Shown here piece after piece: positions 39,775 to 48,876 of a stretch of 64,000 nt of DNA. The position numbers and the translations under genes are program-made. The DNA is taken from NCBI GenBank assembly GCA_030430565.1, contig JAUIKS010000008.1, positions 111,225 to 175,224 on the forward strand, in the 5' to 3' direction. The notes beneath the pieces were generated by a model, which had not been told where the DNA came from, did not search any database, and worked only from the letters and a program-made list of their open reading frames with translations. Within the stretch, counting starts at the first letter, position 1, and each line of letters begins with the position of its first letter. The DNA comes from Polyangia bacterium. GTDB taxonomy: Bacteria > Myxococcota_A > Polyangia > Nannocystales > Nannocystaceae.

Positions 39775-42700
39775 TCAGTCGGCCGACTCACGGAGCTCGC
39801 TGTCGCTGGGTCGCTCGCCCCCCGCGGCCTCGGACTCGCTCGCGTCCTCAGACGCGACGGGGGCGGGTAGGTCCGCAGATGGGGCGACCTCCGCCTCACC
39901 GTCTCCGCCGTCACTCGCCTCCTCCACGACCTCGGCGGCCGGGTCCGCGTGCTCAACGACCGCCGGCGCCGACGCTTCCTCAACTGCGCCCTCGACAGCT
40001 TCCCCCACGTCGGCGGCGCTCGCCTCCGTGGTTTCGACAGCCTCCGCGTCGGCCGGTGACGCGGCGGCCTCCTCGACCTGCGCTTCGGCGTTCTCCGCTG
40101 GCGAGGCTGCTTCAAGCTGGTCCTCGGGCGCCGCTTCGCCACCTGCCTCCGCCGACTCCCCGGCGACCTCCTCCGACATCACCTCGCCGGCTTCCTCGGG
40201 CTCCGAGATGGTCTCCTCCGCCGCTTCGCCGACCTCCTCCGCGGACCCCTGGGGCTCCTCGACGGCCTCCTCCGCCGCGTCGCTGGTCTCCGATGACGAC
40301 GCTTCGTCGGCCCCCTCGGGCTCCTCGACTGTCACCCTCGCGGTATCCACGGCCTCCTCCGGCGCCGCTTCAACGGGCCGCGACTCCTCCACCTCCGGGG
40401 CGGCTTCTGGACCGCTCACGACCTCGCCCGCGTCGACAACCTGCGCGGGGCCGTCGTCGCTCGCCGCGAAGCTCGTGAGCTCAACCTCCGCCGTCGCCGG
40501 ATCGGACACGGCCGCCTCGGCCCTCGCCAGCTTCGCGGCGAGCTCGAGGTCAAGGAGCCTCGCGCGACCGATCGTCGGATCGTCGCTCAGCAGGCGCTCG
40601 TAGGCCAGCGGATCGCCGCGCTCCAGCTCGCCCGGCTCGGCGTCGCCGAGCAGCTGACGGACGCCGCGTCGCGAGCCGTAGTAGTTGCCGCGGTTGTGGT
40701 CCGCGTCGGTGTTGCACTTGCGGACCAGCGAGCGCGAGATCGGCGGGAGGTTCAGCATGTCGAGCGCGCGCTCCCACAGCTGACCGAGGCGGTTCTGATC
40801 TGCCGGGTACTCGAGCAGGCTCGCCAGCAGCAGCAACAAGCCGCCGCGCTGCCCCGCGATCGTGTCGATGGGCTCACGCCCGCCGAGGTGCCCGAGGTCG
40901 ACCGCGCGCCACCAGGCGTCGGCGGCGATCAGCAGTCGCTTCAGCTCCTGCGGCGTGTGGCTGAGCCACGAGTTGTACATGACCTCCGCGACCAGGCCGC
41001 CCGGCGCCGCGGGATCCTTTAGATAGCGAACAACCGCCGGGAGCCGCCCGAGCTCCTGCGCCGGCCCGTCGCCGGTCGGCACGTCGCTGGGCGGGTGCGC
41101 GGGGCTGTAGAAGCCCGCGCCGCGAAACGCGTAGAAGCGCTCCGCCTCGCCGGGCAGCTCATCCCACAGCTCGCTGTACTGCGTCACCCGGTTGAGGCTC
41201 CCAGCCGACCAGCCGAGCCCGCGCGCGGCGGCGCCGCTGACCTGTGACGCCGCGACCCCGGGGTCGCGCGGGACAGCCCCCTCGCGCGTGTCCTCGGCGA
41301 TCTCGATCAGCGTGAAGTCGAGGAAGCCGTCGTAGTAATCGGCCTTGCCGTCGTGGTTGATGTCCTCGTAGCGCGCGACGACGCTGCGGTGCGCGGGCCC
41401 GACGAATTGCACGAAGCCCTCGACGCGGTTCTGCTTGTGATACCACTGGGCTTCGCGGATCCGCGCGTCGATCTGGACGAAGCTCTCGCCGGCGGCGAAG
41501 CCCTGCAGGATCGCGTGAAAGCAGTCGCAGGCCTCCGACTCGATGATCTTGTGGCTCCCGTCGGTGCGGAAGTAGGTCGAGTCCCACGACGAGTAGATGT
41601 CGGCCTCGGGGAACATCCGCGAGATCGCGAAGCGCGTGGTCAAGCCGGCGCACTGACAGTTGATCTGCAGCTTGTACCCGCGCTGCTCGACGGCGACGGT
41701 CGAGGCCGCCATGTCGTTCGAACCGAGGTTGGCGTGCCGGCTGATGCAGTGCCCGACGAAGTACGCCTCGCCCATCTCGAAGTTCTCGCTGCGCGGGCTC
41801 GTCGCGCGCAGCAGCAGCTGGATCTTCTGTCCCTTGGGCCCGGTAAAGGGCGCCTCGAGGGCCTTGTAGCCGCGGTAGCCCGGCGGCGCGGGGGCGTCCT
41901 CCGGGACCTCGATCTCGGCGAAGCTGTACTTGTCGCGCATGACCTCGTACTCGCCGGGGTGAAAGTCGTAAGCGCTCGCGAAGGCGAAGCGCCAGGTGTC
42001 GCCGAGCTCGTCGTAGGGCGGCGCCTCGCGCAGGTAGCCGCGCTGCAGCGCGACGACCCGCGCGCGGTCTTCCTCCGACAGCGCCGGGCCGCGCTGCGAG
42101 AGCAGCTGGATCGCGTGGGCGCGCAGCTCGGGCCGCGCCCCCGCCCCGACCTCCGCGTCGATCAGCGCGAAGATCATCGCCGCGGCCCGGTCCGCGAGCG
42201 CGCGAAACCCCGGGTCCTTCAGCGCCGTCGCGAGCACGTGCGAGAGCACCGTCAGGACCGCCGAGCGCAGCTGCACCGCGTCGACCCCGGCCGCCCGCGC
42301 CTCCTCGCGCGTCGGCGCGGCCGCCCGCGAGATCGCCTCGAGCTGTCCCAAGAGACCTTCGCCCTGCGCGGGCGAGAGCCGGTCGGCGCGGCGCGCCTGC
42401 TCGGGGTGAAAGGCGCTCGGCGGGAACAGGCACTCGAAGCTCGTCGTGCGTCGCGACGAGACCCAGCGCGCGGCGTTGACCATGACGTCGAGCGCGTCGA
42501 GCCCACGCGGCGCCGCGCCCTCCTCGCTCGCCGCGAGCGTGCCGTCGGCGCGCAGCAGCAGCGGCGCCGCGCCGAACATCCCCTCGGTCAGGTTGAGCGC
42601 GGGCGGCTCATCGCGCAGCAGCCCGCGCCCCGCGGCCTCGCGGAGGCGACAGCGCAGACCGGCGCGCCCTTCGAACTCAACCAGCACGCGTCGACCGATG

Positions 42701-42927
42701 GCGCCCTGCACGAGCGCGCGGCGGTCGTCACCGAGCGTGACGAGCGAGCGAAGATGGAACGAGCGCGCGCCGGCGCACAGCAGCTGCGCCCCCTCAGCGC
42801 CCCGGGCCTGCTCAAAGCTCGAGCCCGCCTCGTCGCCCGAGGCGACCACCTCGACGGAGATCGCGACTCGCTCGTCGTCACCGGCGCCGCGCGGAGCGGG
42901 CACCCAAAGCTTCACTTCGTTCGCCAT
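39775..42927 (-). CDS. Large hypothetical protein (1050 aa) with GHC motif and ~250-aa acidic Glu/Ala-rich C-terminal tail
   Basis: ATG 42927 preceded by GAAGGAAG. Central region with GEAYFVGHCISRHANLG...CQCAGLTTRF...ACDCFH. C-terminal low-complexity EEAVEEPQGSAEEVGEAAEETISEPEEAGE.... The antisense Pro/Arg-rich ORF 39678-40478 is junk. Confidence 0.65.
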   Translation of the reverse strand: MANEVKLWVPAPRGAGDDERVAISVEVVASGDEAGSSFEQARGAEGAQLLCAGARSFHLRSLVTLGDDRRALVQGAIGRRVLVEFEGRAGLRCRLREAAGRGLLRDEPPALNLTEGMFGAAPLLLRADGTLAASEEGAAPRGLDALDVMVNAARWVSSRRTTSFECLFPPSAFHPEQARRADRLSPAQGEGLLGQLEAISRAAAPTREEARAAGVDAVQLRSAVLTVLSHVLATALKDPGFRALADRAAAMIFALIDAEVGAGARPELRAHAIQLLSQRGPALSEEDRARVVALQRGYLREAPPYDELGDTWRFAFASAYDFHPGEYEVMRDKYSFAEIEVPEDAPAPPGYRGYKALEAPFTGPKGQKIQLLLRATSPRSENFEMGEAYFVGHCISRHANLGSNDMAASTVAVEQRGYKLQINCQCAGLTTRFAISRMFPEADIYSSWDSTYFRTDGSHKIIESEACDCFHAILQGFAAGESFVQIDARIREAQWYHKQNRVEGFVQFVGPAHRSVVARYEDINHDGKADYYDGFLDFTLIEIAEDTREGAVPRDPGVAASQVSGAAARGLGWSAGSLNRVTQYSELWDELPGEAERFYAFRGAGFYSPAHPPSDVPTGDGPAQELGRLPAVVRYLKDPAAPGGLVAEVMYNSWLSHTPQELKRLLIAADAWWRAVDLGHLGGREPIDTIAGQRGGLLLLLASLLEYPADQNRLGQLWERALDMLNLPPISRSLVRKCNTDADHNRGNYYGSRRGVRQLLGDAEPGELERGDPLAYERLLSDDPTIGRARLLDLELAAKLARAEAAVSDPATAEVELTSFAASDDGPAQVVDAGEVVSGPEAAPEVEESRPVEAAPEEAVDTARVTVEEPEGADEASSSETSDAAEEAVEEPQGSAEEVGEAAEETISEPEEAGEVMSEEVAGESAEAGGEAAPEDQLEAASPAENAEAQVEEAAASPADAEAVETTEASAADVGEAVEGAVEEASAPAVVEHADPAAEVVEEASDGGDGEAEVAPSADLPAPVASEDASESEAAGGERPSDSELRESAD

Positions 42928-43106
42928 ACTTCTTCCTTCGCTCAGGTCGGCGGCCCGTCCCCGCGATAGCGCTTCGAGGCGGCGGCGGGACCCTCCCGGC
43001 AGGTCGCGAAGCTATCACAACAGACTCGCGGAATCGGTCGTCATCGGGCAGCTCCGCGCGGGCAAAAAGATTGCGTCCTGCGCGATCGAGACGGCGGCGC
43101 GGAGCG

Positions 43107-43997
43107 CTACGAGGGGCCGCCCTCGCCGCGCGCGACGGCGTCGATGTACTCGCGGTACGCGTGCAGCAGACGCCGCGTCACCGGCCCGACCGCGCCGTCC
43201 TTGACCGCCACGCCGTCGAGCCGCGTCACCGGCATCACGCCGCGGACCGACGAGGTCAGGAACACCTCGTCGGCGGCGCGCAGCTGGTCGGGCATGATCG
43301 TCGTCTCGAGCACCTCGAGACCCTGCGACTCCGCGAGCTCGACGACGACCGTCCGCGTGATGCCCTTCAGCAGCCCGGTCTCAAAGCTGGGCGTCAACAC
43401 GCGCCCGCCGCTCACCATGAACACGTTGCTGGTCGCCCCCTCCGCGACCGCCCCCGCCGCGTTACAGAGGATCGCGTCCTCGGCGTCACCGTCGATGGCC
43501 TCTTGCAGCGCGAGGATGCTGTTGAGGTAGTTGCCGGTCTTGAGCGAGGGGTCGAGCTGGCGGCGACCCGGCTTCAGCACGTCGACGATCGCGGCCGAGA
43601 TGCCGCGCTCGTACAGCGCGAGCGGGGGCTGCTTCAGCACCTTGACGATCACCACCAGCTGCGGATCTCCAGAGACGCGGGGGTCGATCATCAGCGCCCC
43701 GGTCCCGCGGGTGAGGACGATGCGGATGTAGGAGTCGGGGTTCGCGGCGGCCTCGCAGGTCTCGCGCACGATCCGCCGGATCTCCTGATCCGTGTACGGC
43801 ACCTCGAGCCCGATGCCCGCGGCGCTCGTGCGCAGCCGCTCGAGATGCCGGCGCATATCGACGAACGCGCCGCCCGCCGTCCGCAGCGTCTCGTAGACGC
43901 TGTCGCCGTAGAGGAAGCCGCGATCGAACACGCTGATGGTCGCCTCCGCCGGATCGAGCGGTCTCCCCGCTGTCGACATGTAGACTTTGATCGCCAT
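43107..43997 (-). CDS. Class IV PLP-dependent aminotransferase (branched-chain amino acid aminotransferase-like)
   Basis: DRGFLYGDSVYET, SLKTGNYLNSILALQEA, GATSNVFMV; 296 aa. Confidence 0.85.
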   Translation of the reverse strand: MAIKVYMSTAGRPLDPAEATISVFDRGFLYGDSVYETLRTAGGAFVDMRRHLERLRTSAAGIGLEVPYTDQEIRRIVRETCEAAANPDSYIRIVLTRGTGALMIDPRVSGDPQLVVIVKVLKQPPLALYERGISAAIVDVLKPGRRQLDPSLKTGNYLNSILALQEAIDGDAEDAILCNAAGAVAEGATSNVFMVSGGRVLTPSFETGLLKGITRTVVVELAESQGLEVLETTIMPDQLRAADEVFLTSSVRGVMPVTRLDGVAVKDGAVGPVTRRLLHAYREYIDAVARGEGGPS

Positions 43998-44196
43998 GCG
44001 CCGTGCTCGCGCCGCGAGGACACACCAATGCAGGTGTCCTCAAGGCCTCTTCGTGATCGCGAGTGCTTCGCGCCGGATTCTGCGCCCACGCGTGCGGGCT
44101 GTAAAGCCAGGTTGAGCGTGTGTGCGGCTCCTGATAGCATGCGCGACGAAAACCCGGTAACGCTCCTCTCCGGTCGATCCGAACACGGGAATCACG

Positions 44197-44817
44197 TTGC
44201 GAAAAATCCGCTGCCACTATCCGTCCGGTCAGGCGTTCCTCGACGCCCTGGAGGCGCCTAAAGAGCCCAATTCGCTTCAGGTCTACACGACAGAGCGATT
44301 TGAGCCGGGCGAGGAGATCCTCGTTGAGGTGTTCTATTCGGGTCTGCCTTCGAAGGTGATGATCAGGGCGATCGGGATGCGCTGGCACACCGCGCGCCCG
44401 CGCCTGCGCGTTCGCGCAGGTGGCGTGCTCCGCTGCACCGGCAGCGAGTGGCGAAAGCTGCAGTTCATCCGCGAAGTCGCGATCGGCTCCACCGAGCTCA
44501 CGCAGCGTCGTCGCCACCTTCGCCACCCGGTGCTCGTCGAGATCCGCTGGCGGCGCACCGGAGACCGCGAGTTCACGCGGGGCACGATCACCGAGCTGTC
44601 CGAGACCGGCGCGCTCCTGCTGACCGAGACGCGCCCGGGCAATCAAGAGGAGCTGATCATCGAGATCACGCCGCCGGGCAGCGCGCGGCCCCTCGAGGTC
44701 CTCTCGGTCGTGCGCAACAACGACAACGAGCACGGCGCCGGCGTCGAGTTCATGGCCCGCGACATGGGCGGCGTGCACCGCATCCGCGAGGTCATCCGCC
44801 GGATCGTCGACGAGTAG
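44197..44817 (+). CDS. PilZ-domain protein
   Basis: C-terminal half RRRHLRHPVLVEIRWRR...ITELSETGALLLTE (RxxxR and DxSxxG PilZ motifs). TTG start tentative. Confidence 0.65.
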   Translation: MRKIRCHYPSGQAFLDALEAPKEPNSLQVYTTERFEPGEEILVEVFYSGLPSKVMIRAIGMRWHTARPRLRVRAGGVLRCTGSEWRKLQFIREVAIGSTELTQRRRHLRHPVLVEIRWRRTGDREFTRGTITELSETGALLLTETRPGNQEELIIEITPPGSARPLEVLSVVRNNDNEHGAGVEFMARDMGGVHRIREVIRRIVDE

Positions 44818-44823
44818 CGCCCG

Positions 44824-45225
44824 CTACTCGCAGCGAGCCCGGTCCGCGACGCGGAGCTTGAGCGGCTCCGCGACCGTCACGTGCAGCTCGCGCCCGCGGC
44901 GAGCGTGCACGCGTCGACGCGCCTCGCCCCCCGGGGTCCCGCCGTCGCGCACCGTGACCTTAATAGATCCGCCGCGCCCGCCGGCTGGGCCCTCCGCGCA
45001 CTCCCCCGGGACCAGCTCGGCTCCGCCGACGCCGAACACTAGGGGCCGATCTGGCGCGACGTCGACGCAGACCCGCGGCGGTCCGTCGGCCTCGCAATTC
45101 CGGGCGCTCGTGCGCTGCCAGCCCGTCGCGCTCGCGCAGGAGCTTGCCACGAGCATCAGCGCGACCCCAGCGAGCGCGTGCACGAGCTCGCGCGCCCTAC
45201 CGCGTCGATCTCGCGCGTGGCACAC
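44824..45225 (-). CDS. Small secreted Cys-containing protein (hypothetical)
   Basis: GTG 45225. Signal ELVHALAGVALMLVASSCASA^TGW. 133 aa. Only 9 nt from the divergent DUF721 start, so one of the two starts may be wrong. Confidence 0.35.
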   Translation of the reverse strand: MCHARDRRGRARELVHALAGVALMLVASSCASATGWQRTSARNCEADGPPRVCVDVAPDRPLVFGVGGAELVPGECAEGPAGGRGGSIKVTVRDGGTPGGEARRRVHARRGRELHVTVAEPLKLRVADRARCE

Positions 45226-45234
45226 TCGTGCGTC

Positions 45235-45777
45235 ATGCGACGTCCGTGGCGACATCGACGACGTGATCGGGGGAAGGAGCTCGCGCGCCGAGGTCCGGTC
45301 AACATCACGTCCTCGACCTGGACGCTCCTGCACCGTCTCGTCCCGCCGCACGTGATCCAGATGCTCCGGATCCGTGACGCCTGGCCGCGCGTCGCCCGGG
45401 GACGCCTGCGCGAGTACACGTGGCCGGCGAAGGTCGACGGGACAACCTTGATCGTCAACGTCCATGACAATCAGTGGCTACACGAGATGCAGTACTTACG
45501 CCAGGCGCTGACCGAGCGCCTTCAAGCGGTGTGCCCGAAGGCCGGGGTCGAGGCGATCCAGCCGCGTCTCGCCCCGCGCCAGCCGCAGCCCGAGCTGCCG
45601 CCCGCTCCGCCCGCGCCGCCCGATCCTGTCCCGCCGCCGCTGCTCCCCGAGGAGCCCGATGAAGGCACGCTGCGCGCCCTCGAAGAGGTCCACGATCCCC
45701 AGCTCAAGCATCTGCTCGCGCGGGTGCGCGTGATGCTGAGTCGCACGCCCGAGCGCAACCGTCACGGCCAAGGGTGA
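45235..45777 (+). CDS. DUF721 (DciA-like) protein
   Basis: WTLLHRLVPPHVIQMLRIRDAWPRVARGRLREYTWPAKVDGTTLIVNVHDNQWLHEMQYLRQALTERL is the DUF721 signature, followed by a Pro-rich tail. ATG 45235. Confidence 0.6.
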   Translation: MRRPWRHRRRDRGKELARRGPVNITSSTWTLLHRLVPPHVIQMLRIRDAWPRVARGRLREYTWPAKVDGTTLIVNVHDNQWLHEMQYLRQALTERLQAVCPKAGVEAIQPRLAPRQPQPELPPAPPAPPDPVPPPLLPEEPDEGTLRALEEVHDPQLKHLLARVRVMLSRTPERNRHGQG

Positions 45778-45933
45778 CTCGAGAGCACAGACGCCGTAAT
45801 TTCGCGCCTCGCCCTGGCGGTTGCGCGATTTCACGGCGGCCTGCATGATCCCAGCCCAGCGCGTACATTCGCGACGCTGCGCCCCTGCGCAACGCGTCGG
45901 CGCTCGCGCGGAAAGACTCGCGGAATCACAGCC

Positions 45934-47673
45934 ATGGACGCCTTCCTCGACGCCATGAACGAGTTCCTGACGGCCGTCAACGGCGTCATCTGGAGCGACT
46001 TCGTCCTGTACGCGGTGCTCGCCACCGGCCTGCTGTTCACCGTGTGGTCGGGCTTTTGTCAGTACCACGCGCTCGCCCACGGGAGCGCGGTCGTGCTGGG
46101 GCGCTACGACGAGCACGACGACCCCGGCGCGATCAACCACTTCCAGGCGCTGTCCGCCGCGCTCTCGGCGACCGTCGGCCTCGGCAACATCGGCGGCGTC
46201 GCGGTCGCCATCGCCTTGGGTGGCCCGGGGGCCATGTTCTGGATGTGGGTCGTCGGCCTCGTCGGCATGGCGCTGAAGACCACCGAGGTCACGCAGGCGA
46301 TGATCTTCCGCAACACGGACGACCCCGACAACCCGCACGGCGGGCCGATGTGGGTCGTCGACCGCGGGATCCGCGAGCACTTCCCCGCGCTCGAGGCGCT
46401 CGCCCGCCCGCTCGGGATCCTGTTCTGCATCACGCTGCTGATCGCGACGATCACCGGCGGCAACATGTTCCAGGCCTGGAACGTCGGCGTCGTCACGAAT
46501 AAGGCGATCCCGAGCTTCCCCGTGCCGGTCGTCGGCTTCGTGCTCGCGCTGCTCGTGGGTCTCACGATCCTCGGCGGTATCAAGCGCATCGGCGCCGTCG
46601 CCGGCCGCGTGGTCCCGCTGATGTGCGCGCTCTACCTGATCGCCGCGACCTACGTCCTGTTCGTCAACGCCGACAAGCTGCCCGACACCATCCGCCTCAT
46701 CTTCACCTCGGCGTTTAATCCCGCCGAGGCCCAGAACGCGTTCATCGGCGGCACCTTCGGCCTCGCGTTCCTGTGGGGCATGAAGCGCGCGCTGTTCTCG
46801 AGCGAGGCGGGTCAGGGCTCCTCCCCGATCGCGCACTCCGCCGCGAAGACCAACGAGCCCGTGCGCGAGGGCGTCGTCGCCGGCCTCGAGCCCTTCATCG
46901 ACACGATCGTCGTCGCCACCCTCACCTCCCTCGTGATCCTCAGCAGCGGCGCCTGGAACCGCGACGGCGAGGCGACGCTCACCGAGGTCCCCAGCTTCAC
47001 GGCCGCGCAGGAGCAGGGCGCCTGGTCGCTGCCTGAGACCGAATTGCCCGCCAAGAGCCCGGAGGCTGAGCGCGTCAGCGGGCCGTGGGCGCCCGACGAC
47101 AACGTGTTCCTGGTCGCGCGCTACGGCGAGATCGACGAGGAGACCGGCGACAGCCTCCACCGCGTCAACGGCGTCGTGCGGCGAGCCGACGACGGGCAGC
47201 TGCGCGTCCGGTGGGAGGCCGTCGGGGACGCGGACGACGCCATCTCGGAGGCTCCGAAGGTCGAGCACCCGGTCGTCTACCGCGACTACCCCGGCGCCGC
47301 GCTGACGAGCTACGCCTTCGACCTCGCCGCGCCTGGCCTCGGGACCTGGCTCGTGATGATCGCGTCGTGGCTGTTCGCGATCTCGACGATGATCTCGTGG
47401 TCCTACTACGGCGAGCAGGGCGTCGTGTACATCGCCGGCGAGGGCGCGGTCCTCCCGTACAAGGTGCTCTACTGCCTCTTCATCCTGGCCGCGTGCAGCG
47501 GCTACATCACCACGGACTCCGACCTGGATAACCTCACCGCGCTGGGCACCGGCGTGATGCTCTGGGTGAACATCCCGATCATGCTGCTGTTCGGCGTCGT
47601 CGCGATGCGGGCGTACAAAGACTACTTCAAGCGCCTCAAGAACGACGAGTTCGCGCCGGCCAAGAAGAAGTAG
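45934..47673 (+). CDS. Sodium:alanine symporter family (AGCS) transporter with a ~120-aa hydrophilic insertion
   Basis: FQALSAALSATVGLGNIGGVAVAIALGGPGAMFWMWVVGLVGMALK (AGCS signature), ~10 TM helices, SSEAGQGSSPIAHSAAKT. The antisense 590-aa ORF is junk. Confidence 0.85.
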   Translation: MDAFLDAMNEFLTAVNGVIWSDFVLYAVLATGLLFTVWSGFCQYHALAHGSAVVLGRYDEHDDPGAINHFQALSAALSATVGLGNIGGVAVAIALGGPGAMFWMWVVGLVGMALKTTEVTQAMIFRNTDDPDNPHGGPMWVVDRGIREHFPALEALARPLGILFCITLLIATITGGNMFQAWNVGVVTNKAIPSFPVPVVGFVLALLVGLTILGGIKRIGAVAGRVVPLMCALYLIAATYVLFVNADKLPDTIRLIFTSAFNPAEAQNAFIGGTFGLAFLWGMKRALFSSEAGQGSSPIAHSAAKTNEPVREGVVAGLEPFIDTIVVATLTSLVILSSGAWNRDGEATLTEVPSFTAAQEQGAWSLPETELPAKSPEAERVSGPWAPDDNVFLVARYGEIDEETGDSLHRVNGVVRRADDGQLRVRWEAVGDADDAISEAPKVEHPVVYRDYPGAALTSYAFDLAAPGLGTWLVMIASWLFAISTMISWSYYGEQGVVYIAGEGAVLPYKVLYCLFILAACSGYITTDSDLDNLTALGTGVMLWVNIPIMLLFGVVAMRAYKDYFKRLKNDEFAPAKKK

Positions 47674-47684
47674 CTCGCCGCCGC

Positions 47685-48779
47685 TCAGGTCGCCTGCGCC
47701 TGGACGCCGGAGCCGCTCTCGCTCGGGTCGCTCAGCGTCGTCTCAGCTGGCGTAACGGTCATGTCGTCGAGTTGACCCTCGCCCGCGTCGAGCATGTCCG
47801 TCTCCATCGTGCGCGCGGCGATGTCGGGGTGCAGGAACCAAGCGCTCGCGGTGCGCTCCGAGAGCATGAAGTCGAACAACAGCCCGGCGACCTTCTCGCG
47901 ACCGCTCGGCGAGGGGTGAACGCCGTCCCAGATCAAGTCGTCGCGGGTGTAGCGGAGCCCGTTGTCCTTGCGAGGCACGACGCCGTCCGCCCAGAGGTAC
48001 GGGCCCCACTGGATCCACGGGCTGCGCACCTCGCCCTTCGAGGGGTCGTAGTTCAGCTCCGGCTTGCCCGCGATCTGATCACGCACGAGCCACTTCACGG
48101 CGAAGCCGCTCTCGTAGGCGTGCGGCTCCGGGCTGAGCGGGATCTCGGAGTAGCCGCCGTAGGCGCGGCTGGAGATGTACGCGACCGCGAGGTTCGGGTA
48201 GCGCTCCGCGAGGATGTGCATCGTGTTGACGAGGCAGCCGTAGAGCTTCTCGACCTCGGCCGGGAACGGCTTGTTCGGCTGCTTGACCGAGCTCTTGATC
48301 CAGACGGCCTGGACCTGCTCGTTGGTGAGGCCCGACTGCTTGACGCGCCGATCGACGGTCGGCCAGTAGTTCGAACGCAGCGTCTCCATGATCTCGGCGG
48401 ACTTACGCGGCTGCGCGCCGTTGACGACCACGAGCGCCGGGTTGACGGCTTCGAACTCCGAGACCAGGTGCATAAACACCTGAAACTCGCTGTTGGTGTT
48501 GGACAGCCCGATCCCGATCAAGCCGATCTTGCCGTCCTCAGCCGGCGCGCCGTCCGGGCCGCGCGGCACGACCTTCGCGATGCGCTCGAGCCCCGCCCCG
48601 TAGTGCTCCGGAGGCGGGTGATTCTGCCCTCCGGGATAGAGCCCGCCCTCCTCGCCGCAGTACTCAGCGCCCTTGAGCTCGAGTAGCGGCGAACAACCAA
48701 TAGATTCGCGTGGTGGATTCTTGCGCGCGAATTCCACCATGAACTTCGGCCGTCGCTTTGGTGCCCGGTTCAAGGTCAT
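47685..48779 (-). CDS. Hypothetical protein, possible SGNH/GDSL-like hydrolase fold
   Basis: IGLIGIGLSNTNSEF (GxSx block I-like) and DGVHPSPSG (DxxH block V-like). The 5' 100 nt lie in a local low-GC patch. Start 48779 (alternative 48740). Confidence 0.5.
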   Translation of the reverse strand: MTLNRAPKRRPKFMVEFARKNPPRESIGCSPLLELKGAEYCGEEGGLYPGGQNHPPPEHYGAGLERIAKVVPRGPDGAPAEDGKIGLIGIGLSNTNSEFQVFMHLVSEFEAVNPALVVVNGAQPRKSAEIMETLRSNYWPTVDRRVKQSGLTNEQVQAVWIKSSVKQPNKPFPAEVEKLYGCLVNTMHILAERYPNLAVAYISSRAYGGYSEIPLSPEPHAYESGFAVKWLVRDQIAGKPELNYDPSKGEVRSPWIQWGPYLWADGVVPRKDNGLRYTRDDLIWDGVHPSPSGREKVAGLLFDFMLSERTASAWFLHPDIAARTMETDMLDAGEGQLDDMTVTPAETTLSDPSESGSGVQAQAT

Positions 48780-48876
48780 CAGCGAGTCGCGGTAAACGAT
48801 ACCAGATGTACCAAGGGGCACGTGACGTGCCCCCGCGCATCTCGTACCCACTCAAGAGAGCGGCGCCGGCGTCGTC

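Noticed and set aside
45269-45279. Strong SD-like GGGGGAAGGAG inside the DUF721 ORF
   Set aside because: No in-frame ATG/GTG/TTG within 15 nt downstream. It simply encodes Gly-Lys-Glu.
45778-45933. Possible glycine riboswitch upstream of the Na+/alanine symporter
   Set aside because: Considered because AGCS transporters are frequent glycine-riboswitch targets. The region is only ~155 nt and I cannot find the conserved ACCGAAGGGGCAA-type aptamer core or tandem aptamers. Would need Infernal/Rfam to settle.
45496-47268. 590-aa minus-strand ORF
   Set aside because: Antisense to the alanine symporter, whose TM pattern and AGCS signature are clear.
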